From Octopus vulgaris (taxonomy: Eukaryota), in assembly GCA_951406725.2 (NCBI GenBank), contig OX597819.1:43648001-43712000 (forward strand): a stretch of 64,000 bases of DNA, given 5' to 3'. Both the position numbers and the translations under genes were made by a program. The notes under the pieces are model-generated. The model was not told the origin of the DNA. It saw only the letters and a list, made by a program, of their open reading frames with translations, and did not search any database. Positions 40,955 to 54,967 of the stretch are shown here, one piece after another; the first letter of the stretch is position 1; each line of letters opens with the position of its first letter.

Positions 40955-43900
40955 TTACCTGGTGCCAAACATACCCATCTTGTATGCCACAGGCTTCCAT
41001 CTTTTCACAAACATATCTCGTGACAGACACCTCTTCTCCAGCCTGATTTTGCTACTGAGGTGGTAACTAAAAAAGTTAATCAACCCCTGGGCAGAGACAA
41101 AGGTGCCTGTCACTATACCTTTCGTACGCGTCTTCCATACTGTTTCTTTCAGTATGGCTACTACACAGAAAAAACAAGCCTTTCTTTCCCTGTTAAGGAA
41201 AGGGGGCGGCACAATCTCGATGATAGACTCAGCTGATAGCTGTACTCTTCCCATCACTGACAACAGTTGTTCAACAAAAGCTATCAGTCCCGATAACTCC
41301 GGACACTCCACGAATGCGTGCAAGACGGTCTCCCTATCCTGCTCACATCGCGGGCATGTCGGCGAGACGGCACTACCGTGCCTTGACAGCTTGTCGCGAA
41401 CAGGTAAAGCCGCACGGAAACACTGCCAGGCCAGGGATTTATGGTAATTATCTAGATACCCCGGCCCGAACGTCCTCCGGAACAGGTTGACCAATTGATT
41501 TTCATCGTAGCCCAGGGTCTCCCCCAAGGCGTCTTCGGACTTAATCTCCACTAACCCGCTATAGAAATCTGTGGTGGAACTCCTATTGCCAGCGTTGCCC
41601 ACCCGAGATAGTAGCTGGAGCGCCTGACGGCACTCCAAATGCCGTTCACTCAGTTTAGGTCTCCGCTTGATCCATGCACCGATGTCCGTTAGGGATGTTA
41701 ACTGGGGAAGGTAGAACAGGACGTGCGGCGACCACACCTGCTCTCCATCCAGGTAAAGCCAGAGGTGCCTCAATCTTAACGCGAGTTTTCGCATCCTCAG
41801 CCAAGGCATCCCTAGCCCACCCTTTAGCGGTTTCTGGCAGCAGACAGAGCGCTTTACAAGTGGCTTTCCTCCTTTCCACAAAAATCGGAAAAGGATTCTC
41901 TCCAACTTGTTCAGCCACAAATCGGGGCAAGGCACCACGGTCAGACGGTAGGTGATTACTGATGCTATAAACATCTGCACCACCTCCGCCTTCCCTAGCA
42001 GGGATAACGCCCGCCCAGACCAGGTCTGGGTTAGAGCGGTCACCTTGTTGGCCACCTCACTCCAATTTTTCTCAATCTGGAGGTCTGGCCCGAACCAGAC
42101 TCCGAGCAGCTTAACAGGACCTTCCGTCCAACGCCCTACGACGTTATTGGACGGCATCGGCTTGCCCCTCCAGGTGCTGAGTTGCAAACCGACCGACTTG
42201 TCCTTGTTAACCTTTGCTCCTGCCACCGCCTCGTAGCTTTTGATGGCCTCTTCCACCACTGGAAGCTGGCCTTCGTCTGCCACGATGATGGAGGTGTCAT
42301 CCGCATACGCCGTAGCGCCTCTTCCACACCATAGATCATGCGGCGCGCCCCCTAGTGCCTCCAACTTCCGCAGCAAAGGCTCGAGAGCCAATACGTATAG
42401 GAGCGAGGACAGGGGACACCCTTGACGAACTGAACGCTCGATCCTGAACGGCTTCGAAAAGGAACGTTCACCTTGACTACAGACTCGATGTCGCTATACA
42501 AAGCAGCGATCCAACTTCGAAAGGCCGGGCCTAGGCCAGCCTCTCCGAGGACCGCCACCAGGTACCGATGGTCGACCCTATCAAATGCTTTGGACTGGTC
42601 TAAATGTACCAGTGCTCCCCCTGCGCCAGAAAGCTTCCCCACCCTCTCTAAGGAGTAGCGTATAAGGTGGAGATTGTCGTGGATCGTTCTGCCGGGGATA
42701 GCGCACGTTTGCGCTTCCCCGACAAGTTTGTCCACGACCCGCGCCAACCTTTTTGCTAGCACCTTGGCCAGAATCTTTAACTCTGTGTTTAACAGAGTTA
42801 TGGGCCTGAAGTTCCCTATCTCTTCCCCCTTGTTCGGGTCCTTCCTGATCAACGTCACCGCCCCCCGGCTCGCAGACTTGGGAATTCTCCCATTCTGCTG
42901 CCAGTTGGCGTAGACGCTAGCCAGCAGGTGCCCGAACAAGTCTGGCATACTTCTATAAAATTCATAGGGCAGACCATCGAGACCCGGCGACTTCTCCCCG
43001 GGGCACTTGCCCAACACCTCGATTACTTCCTCGGCTGTGATTGGCCCTTCACAGCACTCAGCCTCTCGTGTCGAGAGGCGCGGGCCACCAGACAGGAAGT
43101 CCCTAAGGGCCTCACCATGATCCAGCGTCCCGCACCTCCCGAACAACTCGGCGAAGTGCTTGTGAAGTGCCTCACACATCTCGTCCCGGTTCTTGATCGT
43201 GCATCCGTTTTCATCAACAAGAGACCCAATTGTGACATCGTTTCCACGCTGTGTTTCTATCGTACGGGCCCATCCGGCAACATTAATTCCCTCACGGCCC
43301 AATGCTCGTACTTTAGCCCGGACTCTACATCCCTCATGTTTGGTTTTGAGGTGACGGTCTAATGCCGTTCTCGCCGCTAAAATGTGAGATGCAGAGCCCA
43401 ACCTCAACGCCTCCTCTAAGTTCTTAACTAGTTGCTCTTCTATTCTAGCCCTATCTAGTCTTAGTTGTTTACTAAATCTAATGGACTCGAATCGAATGGC
43501 TCTTTTGAGGGTGAACCACCACCGCTTATTAACCACGGCTCCGGTTAACGCCCTCTGCACTAACACCTTAATCCGGCTACGGTATGCCTCGCGTGTCAAA
43601 ATAGACTTGTTCAGCTTCCAGTAGCCGGTTCCTATCTTAAGTGTGCTATCTATGTCCAGTCTACACGTGACCATTCTATGGTCAGTATAGGGCACCTGGA
43701 CGAGCTGTGGACAACTAAAACTAGACTTATCTCTAGTTCTTATCACTATCCTGTCTAGATAAGACTTGAACCTTCCGTCGCCACTCATCCAGGTCCACTC
43801 TGGGACGTTCGGATGGTCAAGTCTGTAACGATCTGCTAGCTGAAACCGCTTAAGCAGATCCACGAGACGTGAGTTCACTTTCCTATAGATCGAGCCAACG

Positions 43901-44356
43901 CTATCGATGTGTACGTCAACGATAGCATTAAAGTCCCCTAATATCACTAAAGTCTTCGACGTCACGAGAAAGCCCTCTAGGCGCCGATAAAAAATCAGTT
44001 TGGAAACCTCTAGCACAAGGTGCATAGAGTCCGATCAACCTGAAGGCCTTACTGCTGTATGTCACATCAAGGACGACCAGCCCACCTTCTGGGTCTACAT
44101 AGACTGTACTTGTCTGTAGAGCCAAGTCTTTACGGATCAGTACCACTACGCCCCCTCGCCCTCCGGTCTGGCCAGGAGACATGATTTTCTCGTAGCCATT
44201 CAGGAGAGGCGAGAAGGTTTGTAGGCTGTCCAGCTTGGTCTCTGTAGCAACCATCACATGTATATCATGTGATCTGAGGTCGTCGAGGAAACAAGCCTTC
44301 TTCCACTTCGAACTCAGACCACGCACATTTAAACAACCAAGGTTAAGCGAAGCCAT
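40955..44356 (-). CDS. LINE ORF2: AP endonuclease, reverse transcriptase and C-terminal zinc finger (about 1133 aa after repairing two 1-nt indels)
   Basis: LNVRGL, ETK, GDFN, YLDRI, TDH (APE); KSPGLDG, FRPITLLN, DQSKAFD, RQGCPLS, YADD (RT); CPRC...HAFVEC. Extra T near 43989-43994 and a missing G near 42465. Confidence 0.93.
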
Positions 44357-44408
44357 TACAAAAAGTAAAAGTTCTACTTACTTTTCGTTGGAGAGGTGGG
44401 GGCCGACC

Positions 44409-45776
44409 TCACCACACGTTTGTGGGCCCCCTCCTTCTCTCTCTCTTCAGATAGTCCAGCAAGTTCGCGACACGCCGGATGGCGTTTGGGTGTCTGTCTT
44501 TTAATTGTTTGAACGTTGTTTCCGCAATCCACGCGTGTCTATTTCGATCTTTGTATTTGTTGTACAGTCTTGCTGACTGATGCTGAACCACAATATCGTT
44601 TATGTATTTGTCTTGTGTGTCGAATTCAATTAATATGAGTTCATTTTCTTTTTGTCTTCTTTTTCTGGGCCAGTTGAGCGGGATTTTTTTTTTCCGTGTC
44701 TGTGGTGTGTCTTTGTTTTTATTATTTTTTGTAGGGGATGTGGACGGGGATGCTGCACGAATTCTTTTACGAACTGGTGTAAATCCCCCCTCTGATACCT
44801 CCATGGTATCGTCTGGGGTAGCAATAGTTTGTTCGGTAGGCACCGCAGTTTTTAGGAGGGTGGGAGGTTTTAATAGTGTAGGGGTTTGTGAGTGCGAGGG
44901 CTGGGTTTTTTCTTCAGTCTGGTTTGGGGTTGGCACCGTAACAGCAGGAGTGGGATTTTTTGTTTTTGTAGGGGTAGGTGTGTTTGCAAGGGTAGGGACT
45001 TTTTTATTATCTGAGGGGCCTGGTGTCTGCGGTTTCTTTTGCTTGTCTGGACAGTCTACACGAATGTGGCCCTTTTTACCGCAGGCGTAACAGGTGGGTT
45101 TTCGGCCTTCGACCTGTACCCTGAGGGCTACGTTCTCGCCCACGAGCACCCTCTCAGGAAGGAGCTGCAGGTCCTCCGCTGTTCCTTGAATTAATATATT
45201 AATGTTACGCCCGAGCCAAAATCGAGGGGTAGAGCATGTTACTTCTAGTATTTTTATTTTGTCCGCTCTTTTATATAACAGGGCGGCCACTACCTCTACC
45301 GGATCTACTTCCGGCGGGGCTTCTACAATCCTGACCCGGGACGACCTGCGTCCCCTATAGCTTGGAAAAAGTACCACCTCCTTGGTTTTTAGGGGGTTCA
45401 CAGAATGCCCGCGGGCCATTTCTTCCCCCGAGAAGCGGACATCCACAGTGCCATATGCCCGTCCCCTGGCGACGTACACGATGTCCTTCCAAATCGGGGA
45501 CAGGCATTTCTCGATGGTGCTTTTTTCAAAGTGTTTGAACCTTCTGCTTTGTGGACAGAAAGTTTTAAACACTACGGTCCGCTTCTCGGTTTCTACGATA
45601 CTGGCGGAGGGTGATATTGTAACATCACCACCCTCCTCTTGCATTCTTTTAAATAGCTCGACGAGCTGGTTGACATCGATGTCAATGTTCTCGGTAGCCA
45701 CCGCGGCTACCTCAGAAAATTTTTTAACATTGCTCTCCTCAAGAACACTACTTTCGTGAATAATTTCAACAGACAT
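44409..45776 (-). CDS. LINE ORF1 nucleic-acid-binding protein with CCHC zinc knuckle
   Basis: Uninterrupted ORF (first ATG at 45776); EGRKPTCYACGKKGHIRVDCP followed by a Pro/Thr/Lys-rich tail. Confidence 0.9.
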   Translation of the reverse strand: MSVEIIHESSVLEESNVKKFSEVAAVATENIDIDVNQLVELFKRMQEEGGDVTISPSASIVETEKRTVVFKTFCPQSRRFKHFEKSTIEKCLSPIWKDIVYVARGRAYGTVDVRFSGEEMARGHSVNPLKTKEVVLFPSYRGRRSSRVRIVEAPPEVDPVEVVAALLYKRADKIKILEVTCSTPRFWLGRNINILIQGTAEDLQLLPERVLVGENVALRVQVEGRKPTCYACGKKGHIRVDCPDKQKKPQTPGPSDNKKVPTLANTPTPTKTKNPTPAVTVPTPNQTEEKTQPSHSQTPTLLKPPTLLKTAVPTEQTIATPDDTMEVSEGGFTPVRKRIRAASPSTSPTKNNKNKDTPQTRKKKIPLNWPRKRRQKENELILIEFDTQDKYINDIVVQHQSARLYNKYKDRNRHAWIAETTFKQLKDRHPNAIRRVANLLDYLKRERRRGPTNVW

Positions 45777-46203
45777 TATTCTGTTGAAATTAGACAACAC
45801 AAAAATTACAAGTATTGGTTTCCCACAAAACTGGGAAACCTATAGAAAGTTTTTCTTCCAAAGTAGTTCAAAAAAGCAGTTGAAAAATTCCAATTCCCAC
45901 CCCCATTCGGGGGAGGGGCACGAAAATAGTCTGGCAGGACTATATATAGTCACGTAAATAAAAAGCCACAATGGCTAACAGTTCAACGGTAAGAAATTAT
46001 TCAATTATTTCCCGGTAAAACCGGAGAACAAGACAGTTCAGCAACGTTTAAAGGCAAATTTTTAGTAGTAGGAATTCAACAATTAACAACACAGCAAAAC
46101 TCTTACCGGGAAGAAAACGCGTCCAAACCGTAGTACGGTAAGCAAAGTCACTCTTCTGTCAGTGAGGTTAAACAAGCTACTTACCACACAGTCACTCCTG
46201 CGC

Positions 46204-46283
<80 letters not shown>

Positions 46284-46664
46284 CTATATACATATATGTG
46301 TGTGTGTGTTGCATATACCTATATTTAAATGTACACACATCAGACACATACACATTTACACATATGCATATATTCTGGAGCTATTTTTATTTCCGCGATG
46401 AATAATACAAGTCTCCAGCACGTAGTGTATACCTCCCTTACAACTGGTCTTTAATAAGCGAGGGAGCAATTAACATCTTGTCTTAATGTCAGTCAGATTC
46501 ACTCTCTGTTCGTGTCTCATCGTACACATAAACAGACAGGGAGAACACAACATAAGCACACACACACCCTCACATTTTTCCAAGATTTGTCAACCCTGTC
46601 ACGGTAAATGTTATTATCAAAACTATGTCTTTTACCTTTTAGCAGACACTGTGCACTTAGGACT

Positions 46665-47006
46665 CATCATCATCATTGTTCGACCGTGGTCGAGACAATG
46701 GAAGAAATATGTTACGCCAGACTTCAAGGTCCATCAAAGCATTACAGAGGTCCTGTTGCTGGATGCTTGTATCCCTGGAGATTACATCAGGGTAGGAGAG
46801 TGTGCACCCTCTAGTATCGTGAGCAGATGGCTTCCAGAAGAGAAGAGTAGAAATTACCTCGTTTTCAGCTCTACGACAATGTCCAGCAAACTGAACTCTT
46901 CTACCTTTCACAAGAGATGATACAGGTGGTAGTTTCCCATATATTTGTACTTTGGTTGGATGACGCTTTCACGAGAGAATATGGCCTTAAATATGGTTTC
47001 TGATAT

Positions 47007-47075
<69 letters not shown>

Positions 47076-47193
47076 CATCATCTGAAAAAATTTTTTTAAC
47101 TAGAAGGGGTATGGCCTGGTCAGCCTGTAATGATATACATAAGTTCTGGTCATCAAATCTAAGTAGAGATTTCAAACTTAAAATCTTCAAAGC
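46665..47193. mobile_element. RTE-clade LINE insertion with 5' inversion and 11-bp TSD
   Basis: 3' part on minus (RRVQFAGHCRRA...EVWRN, (GAT)n tail); 5' part on plus (MAWSACNDIHKFWSSNLSRDFKLKIFKA); TSD cacttaggact at 46654-46664 and 47194-47204. Confidence 0.85.
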
Positions 47194-47211
47194 CACTTAG
47201 GACTACATTAT

Positions 47212-47545
47212 CCAGAGTATTCAACATTTCTGTAATGGATATGATGAACTCTTTTATAACAGGTCTAAAAGTTAGGTACGTAAACCTGCTTTAATACCTA
47301 TGGCTTGTCACACTTACAGGAAAGTCTAAGGGCCCTTTTGATTCCTATTTTATTCAGGTGGACCCTGAATAAACCTAGCTGTTTCTTGCAATACAAACCA
47401 ATACATATATCTAAAGTAAACAATTTTTTTCAGGGGCCCTAAAAATATTATTGTCGTTCCCCAATTTATTATTTTGTTGCGTAGACGCCCCAAAATCTTA
47501 TATGGGACTTTCAGGGGCCATATGGACCCCGGTTGGGAACCACTG
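47212..47545. mobile_element. Possible hAT-type non-autonomous element
   Basis: Right end ggttgggaaccactg resembles hAT TIRs; the left end is degenerate and no TSD is visible. Confidence 0.4.
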
Positions 47546-48329
47546 CCTTAAACGCTGCAATCGCTATTTAAGTACTGAATTCGATTTAGGACTCGTATAA
47601 AACGTTCTAGATGTTAATGGAATTATGATATTTGTATACCAATAAGATTCCATTGATTTAATAGAATGTGGCCCTCACCTACGAAAAGTAGTTTTGCGCT
47701 TAATTGAAAGACATTTTTGTAATTTGTGTTAAGAGAGGGAAAGAGAGAAAGGGAGAGAGGGAGAGAGAAAGGGAGAGAGAGAGAGAGAAAGGGAGAGAGA
47801 AAGAAGAAGGGAGAGAGAGATAGTAGTGTACTGAATATAGGAATCAGTTTCGGTTGAAAGGTTTACAATCTTTACGGTAAGTGGCTGTCAGGATTGTGCC
47901 TTTTGTTTAGCCCCAGGTCAGCCTTAAACGAGCAGATACATAATGAACAGCGATCCAGCAATAATCAATCCGTCTTCAACCTACACACTGAATCTATTTA
48001 GTTTCTGCAATGTTGTACCTGATTCCCTTATGATAATATTTGGCTGCTATTTTCCGAAGATCCAGCGATCACCTCGACCTTCCCTGTTGTGGTTATTGTT
48101 GTTCATTAGCCGCAGGTCTAGTCTGGGGAGCAGATCTGTGATCAAAGGTATATCAGTCACCTCCATCCTATTCTTTCATACATTGTCTTTAAATATCCAA
48201 TATATCCCGTTTTAAAAGCAGTAGAGTGGAATTTGAGGAGTGTTTGACTATTATTTCCTGCATGTTGGTACACCACGTAGTAGAGTCTCTCTGTTTCTCT
48301 TTCTATCTTTCCCTTTTTCTCTATTCATG

Positions 48330-48685
48330 GTGTTGCTATTGATCGCCCCAAGTGATGGTTCTGGTGGTTTAAACATTGCCGTTCATCTTTACTTGACAAT
48401 AAAACCAAAGAAAATACAATACCAGTCATATACTAGGTTAATGTAGTTGTCTATAGTCTCAATGTTATCCATACAAAGAAAAAAGCTCAAAACTGCTGTT
48501 CTTTTACCAAAAGAAGCAATCAATATGAAGATGTCCATTCAAAATTCATGAAAATATGAGAGAAAAAAATGGCGGCCGTAGAGTAAATAATAAAATAACA
48601 ACTATTTGAAAAGGGGGCGCTGCTATAAAAGATGGCGAGAACCATTAGGTTATTGTATTACTTCTATAAAATTGCTTTCTCATTT
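48330..48685 (+). promoter_or_regulatory. Conserved non-coding island, copy B (paralog of 31340-31702)
   Basis: Same AAAAGGGGGCGCTGCTATAAAAGATGGCG core and colinear upstream similarity. Confidence 0.45.
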
Positions 48686-49496
48686 TCTTTTATTTATTTA
48701 TTTATTTATTATCTATTTATTTATTTTATTTATTACCGTCTACCTGTCGGTATGTATATATTTATATTTTCCTTCCTACATATTATACTTATCGTGTTTC
48801 TATATTTCTTTATTTATATCCTTCCTTCCTTTCTTTGTCCTTTCGTATTTTCTTACTTTGCTGTTGTTGTTGTTGCTCTTTTTGTAGTTTATAAAAATCT
48901 GCTTGATTTTTTTTTTCATTTCCATTGTATATGCTATTTATATTATTTTTTTTTTGTCTATCTTTAATTGTTTTGTTGCTTTTCTTAAAATTGATTCTTC
49001 ATTCTTCGTATTCCGTGTTCTTCCTTCCTTTATTTCATCTTTTCTCCTCCCCTTCTTTCATTTCTTTCTATATTTTTCTTTTTTACTTTCTATTTTTCTT
49101 TCAACCTTCCATTTATCAATTCTCATTCCAACCTAACTTTCATTCACTGTAACTAATATTGCATTTTCTTTTCCTTTTTCGGTTATTTCTTAACTTTCTT
49201 CACTACCCCCACATTTCTTTCTCTCTCTCTCTCTCACTCTCTCAATGTCTGTCAGTTGGTCTGTTTGCTTGTCTGCCTGTTTACCTGCCTGTCTGCTTGC
49301 CTGCCTGCCTGTCTATTTATCTCTTTCTATCAGCACGTGTATATGTTTGTGTAAGCATGATGTGTATGTATATATGTATGTATTTATGCATGTGTATATA
49401 ATGGTTATATACACATATACATACACACAATATACGCACACACACATATATATTTATATATCCATAGACACATACGTATTTGTATATATATATCCA

Positions 49497-49529
<33 letters not shown>

Positions 49530-49567
49530 GTATATATATGCATATATATATACATACATACACACAT

Positions 49568-49600
<33 letters not shown>

Positions 49601-49608
49601 CCTCCAAG

Positions 49609-49646
<38 letters not shown>

Positions 49647-49738
49647 AATATACTTATATGTGTGTGTATATATATAAGTATGTGCATATATATACATATA
49701 CATATAGATGTGTATCATTATGTATGTATGTATGTATG

Positions 49739-49794
<56 letters not shown>

Positions 49795-50178
49795 TAAAAA
49801 CACATATATATATACCGACATCCCCCTCCATGTCTCTATTCTCATTCCACTCATCCTACCATCATCCGCTCTCCATTATTAGACCAAAACCTAACGATAG
49901 TTTCACAATGAGTTCTAAGTATCTCTAGAGAAACGGCCAAAGAATTCACTGCCATTCTTAGAATCTCCATTGAAATCCTCTTCTCCGCATTTACAATTCC
50001 TCATCAAGTGTCTGCATCTTGTCATCTTCGCTGTCAGAGAAAACATCTTCCAGAATCAATAAGAAATTTCAACGACGAATTTGCTATCATTATACAGAGT
50101 GATACATACATACATACATACATACATACATACATACATACATACATACATACATACATACATACATACATACATACA

Positions 50179-50212
<34 letters not shown>

Positions 50213-50477
50213 CATACATACATACATACATATCTAACTTTATACTTAACTACATAGAGGCATGCTTACGTACATACAACATACATACATATGTAAATAG
50301 ATACCTGCATATGTAAATACATACTTAAACACATGCATATATACATACATTAACACGTGCATAGGTACATAGGTGGGCAGGCAATTATGTATATTTTCGG
50401 TTTAACAAGCAGAGAATGCTAGAGTACTCAATATACTTTGTAGAGCATATATAGTTGCATGAAGTTGCTTAGATATA

Positions 50478-50920
50478 CAGGTCGTCGTCGACTTACAACC
50501 TATCCGACTTACGACCGATCGATTTTACGACGATTAGCGCGCCAGCTTCTGGCAGCAATAATAAATAGTCCAGTCGAAATCTGATGGGTTTAATTTCTTG
50601 GAAATTAACCCATCTGCTGATGATGACAGCTAACAAACGCTTCCCGTACGTTTGGTTATCGGTCACCACTCTGTTGGATGACTCTCCTGTCGCGGAGACA
50701 TCGAGGCAACCGTGGATTTGTTTATAAGACGACTGCTTGCGACTCCGAAATTTTTAACTAACGCCAGTATAATGCTGTGTGTGACTTTTACCTGAGAATG
50801 TACCTTATGAATGTAAGAATATAAAATGAAGCTATGTAGGCCTATAGGCCGACTTACGACCAAATCGACTTCCGACCTGTCAGTCGTAACCAATTGTGGT
50901 CGTAAGTCGACGATGACCTG
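50478..50920. mobile_element. Tc1/mariner (pogo/Tigger-like) MITE
   Basis: TIRs caggtcgtcgtcgacttacaacc and ggtcgtaagtcgacgatgacctg; internal cgacttacgacc repeats; TA on the left side only. Confidence 0.8.
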
Positions 50921-50924
50921 TCTC

Positions 50925-50989
<65 letters not shown>

Positions 50990-50999
50990 TATATATATA

Positions 51000-51061
<62 letters not shown>

Positions 51062-51077
51062 TAGATATATATATACA

Positions 51078-51130
<53 letters not shown>

Positions 51131-51759
51131 GTAAATAAATATATTGATATATACATACAATATATACTACATACAATGCATATAATTTGTATATTTATGT
51201 CCTAAATATATATGATATATATATGTACATATTTATATATGTATATGTATGCATATTTGTTTCACGTATTTTTAAAGTTTTTATTTTATTTTATCTAGTT
51301 TCAGCTCACGTGCTGTGGCCATGCTGGGTCAGTATGTGTCTTTATGAAATTATGTAGTGAAAGCACGCACATAAAAATGTACAGCTATTACAATATTTGT
51401 TCTCTTAATTTCACAGAAATAGACATAGCTGAGATTATTCTTACTATTATTTCTATCCCTCTTTCTGGAATCACCGTACAAATCGAAAACGCATAACTCG
51501 AGGGAGATAGGATTTCATGATTTTATTAATAAAAGAAAGACACAAGCACACAAGCAAAATTTAAATATTCATATATTCGTTTACTCTTTTACCTGCTTCA
51601 GTTATTTGACTGTGGCCATGCTGGAGCACCGCCTTTAGTCGAGCAAATCGACCCCAGGACTTATTCTTGACTTATTTTGAAATTTGAATCATGATATCAG
51701 TTATTGAATTTTCATGATGTTTTAAATCCTTCCGGAAATCTACGGTCATTCTGAACGAA

Positions 51760-51930
51760 GGTGGTCTTCAAGCGATAAGCGAACATTCTGAAACCACTTT
51801 TAAACTCTCCCTTTGCTCATGATAGCGTTCTTGCAAGCTGTTTGAAGAATGACAACTGTTTCTGCAGCCGGTCTCCCCGGCAGAAAACAGAATTCCACGG
51901 AAGCACGCTCTTCCTTCGTCTCAGCCAACG
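51760..51930 (-). pseudogene. Mariner transposase N-terminal (HTH) remnant
   Basis: EERASVEFCFLPGRPAAETVVILQTACKNAIMSKGRV*KWF. Confidence 0.75.
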
Positions 51931-53201
51931 CGAAAATCGACGAGCAGGGGAGATGCACTGCAAAAAAAAAAGGACATATCACTGGGCAGTACGACCTCAC
52001 TCGATGACACCGGTCTGCATTCTGATGCCTGAGGGTCACATCAAGTGGATTCTAGCAGTGGAAGTCCGAACCACAAAGGGCTTGTATATCTATGTATCTG
52101 ACCTTTCCAATGTCGTCAAGCAGGTGTACATATTTTCGTTTCTTTGCGTTTATTTGAAACTTGCTATGTCTTATGAGTATTGTTCATGCCATAAGTGTAG
52201 GAAATTCCGTGGAGTATAGCTATGTTGTCCATTGATGCTTTTCTAAATTTTTTCTGTGGTGTTATTTATCACATTCCAGCTGTTCCAATTTGTAAGTGCA
52301 TGGTGAACCAGTGGGAGAGTGTCGTAATTTTGTGGCCAATATAACAGTTGCCTTTGATGCTTCTTTTAAACTTTTGCAGCTCAACACATGCAGGCAAGAC
52401 AGATTTAAGAAGACGCCAGATGGATGGTGTTTAGAGAAGGGACTGGGCATAATGATTATCGAGAGGCCAAGTTAATTGAAAGCATGACAGACGAATGGAT
52501 CGAGGATGGAGGGAGATCTGAGCAGTAGAAGTACGAGACCAGCCTGCTCTGAAGATGTTCAAACTGAAAATTAACGTCATATCATAGACCTAAACAGTCA
52601 GAGATATCGGATGGCATGGGGATATGGAATGATGAAAGCTAACATCTAGGAACAAATTACTGTTTCTTGAAATCCATCCGTCCACGAATAAGTTATGTAC
52701 ACAGCTAAGAGCTTAAAACAGCACCAGTTAATTTTACGATACTCCGACTACCAATGTTACATTCTACGGCAGTAATTACAACTTACAACGGTATTAACTT
52801 GTGGTAGCTTTACGAAATACTCCTCGAAGTAAACTAAATGCCGTACTCATTGCATTCAAAGGGGTGGGGGAACCAAAATGAAATATAGAACTTTGGGTTA
52901 GCACCATAGAACCCAAGTGATGAGCCGATATATACTAGCAAGAATGGCAATTAATGGAGAAATAAGTCGGCAACAAAACAGAGATGTCCATACATTGGTT
53001 AACATGGTATCATGTCGAAAATAAAACATGACACGATCGATTCTACAGCACTGCAGATCTGACGGAAAGACTAAAACAGAAGCAAAGTGTTTCACAGATA
53101 ATGTAGTTAGATCATTTTACAGTATTATTTTAATGATTTTGTCAGTGTGTATGCATGTGTATGCGCATGCGTATCCTAGAGCGTCTTTGTGTGTGTGTAT
53201 G

Positions 53202-53235
<34 letters not shown>

Positions 53236-53275
53236 CATATATGTATATATGCATATAATATGCATATATGTATGC

Positions 53276-53306
<31 letters not shown>

Positions 53307-53351
53307 ATACACGTATATATATACATATGTATATAATATATATATATATTA

Positions 53352-53398
<47 letters not shown>

Positions 53399-53739
53399 TA
53401 TACATATTTATATATACGTATATGTGCTTCTCTGTGCGTGTGCATGTATTTAATTTCCAATCACTAGCAAGACTTTTGAAGGGTTGGTCTATCGCGTAAA
53501 ACTATATTAAACACACACAGACACACACAGACACACACAGACACACACAGTCACATACACGCATACACACAAACATGTGTATATATATATATATATATAT
53601 GTGCGTGTGTGTATGAATGCATGACCTTATATATAAATGCATATGAATATATGCATGTATATAAGAGTATAGATAGGTATAAAGATGTGTGTGCGCGTGT
53701 GTATATATATATATAAATATATGCACATAAAGTACATAT

Positions 53740-53772
<33 letters not shown>

Positions 53773-54374
53773 TATATATACACACATACATATATATATA
53801 TGTGTGTATGTGTGTGTATGAAAATCCACGTGAGCAGTGTATATTGAGATGAGTAATGTTTGTCTATGTGTGCAAGGCATGTGTTTATATGAGCGAACGA
53901 TTATGTGTGTATACGCTCTTGCGTGCATGTGTGTGTGTGTGTGTGCGCGTGTGTGTGTGTGTGTGTGTGTGTTTGCGTTTGTGTATTTGTGGTCGAGTGG
54001 TTTGCCCGCGCAATGTTTTCAATAAGAAAAAAAAAACAATTGACTTATCGTATTAAGCACAGAGAAATCACCACCACCACAGCTAACATCACCACCATCA
54101 CCACGACCACGACCACGACCCCGACCACGACCACCACGACCACCAAAAACAAGAACAATGAGAACATAGAAACCAAAAAAAAAAAAAAAAGGCCCCTCCC
54201 CACAAAAAAATGGGAGAAAATAATGGCGACAATTTCGCCAACAACGTCGACACCAAAACTAGGAACAACAATAAAACCACCACCACCACCACCACCACAA
54301 CCAACAACAACAACACCAACAACACCACCACCACCACCACCACCACCACCACCACCACCACCACCACCACTACC

Positions 54375-54405
<31 letters not shown>

Positions 54406-54645
54406 GCAGCAGCAGCAGCAGCAGCAAAAGCTGCAACGCCAAACAAATGCCACAGATAATGGTTTGATTGAGGCAAGCACCAGTTGAATCAGAATAGTAT
54501 TTATACACCATCGTTGGATACTAATGGTTATTAGTAGAACAGACAGGCGGACTTTTGGAACTGTATTCTCAAGATGATAAATAATGGTTCCAATTTTATC
54601 ACTTCACTAAATACATACATACATGCATATATATATATATATATG

Positions 54646-54710
<65 letters not shown>

Positions 54711-54773
54711 ATGTGTGTGTGTGTACATATATATTGTTGTATATATATATATTTATATATATATATATATATA

Positions 54774-54853
<80 letters not shown>

Positions 54854-54880
54854 ATGTGTGTGTGTGTGTGTACATATATA

Positions 54881-54967
<87 letters not shown>

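Larger units (their letters stand above)
40727..46168 (-). mobile_element. Apparently full-length L1/Tx1-clade non-LTR retrotransposon with 14-bp TSD
   Basis: TSD taaacaagctactt at 40713-40726 and 46169-46182; 5'UTR, ORF1, ORF2, and a 3'UTR ending TGCC-TAAAT-GGCA-N8-GAAATA. Confidence 0.95.
40408..46204 (-). mobile_element. Family A tRNA-SINE split in its head by a 5.4-kb LINE
   Basis: 5' end GGCGCAGGAGTGACTGTGTGGT at 46204-46183; B box, body and tail at 40712-40408. Confidence 0.92.

Noticed and set aside
44354-44358. TAATG at the LINE ORF2 start as ORF1-ORF2 translational coupling
   Set aside because: ORF1 stops at 44409, and the TAA frame has another stop at 44376, so this TAA does not terminate ORF1.
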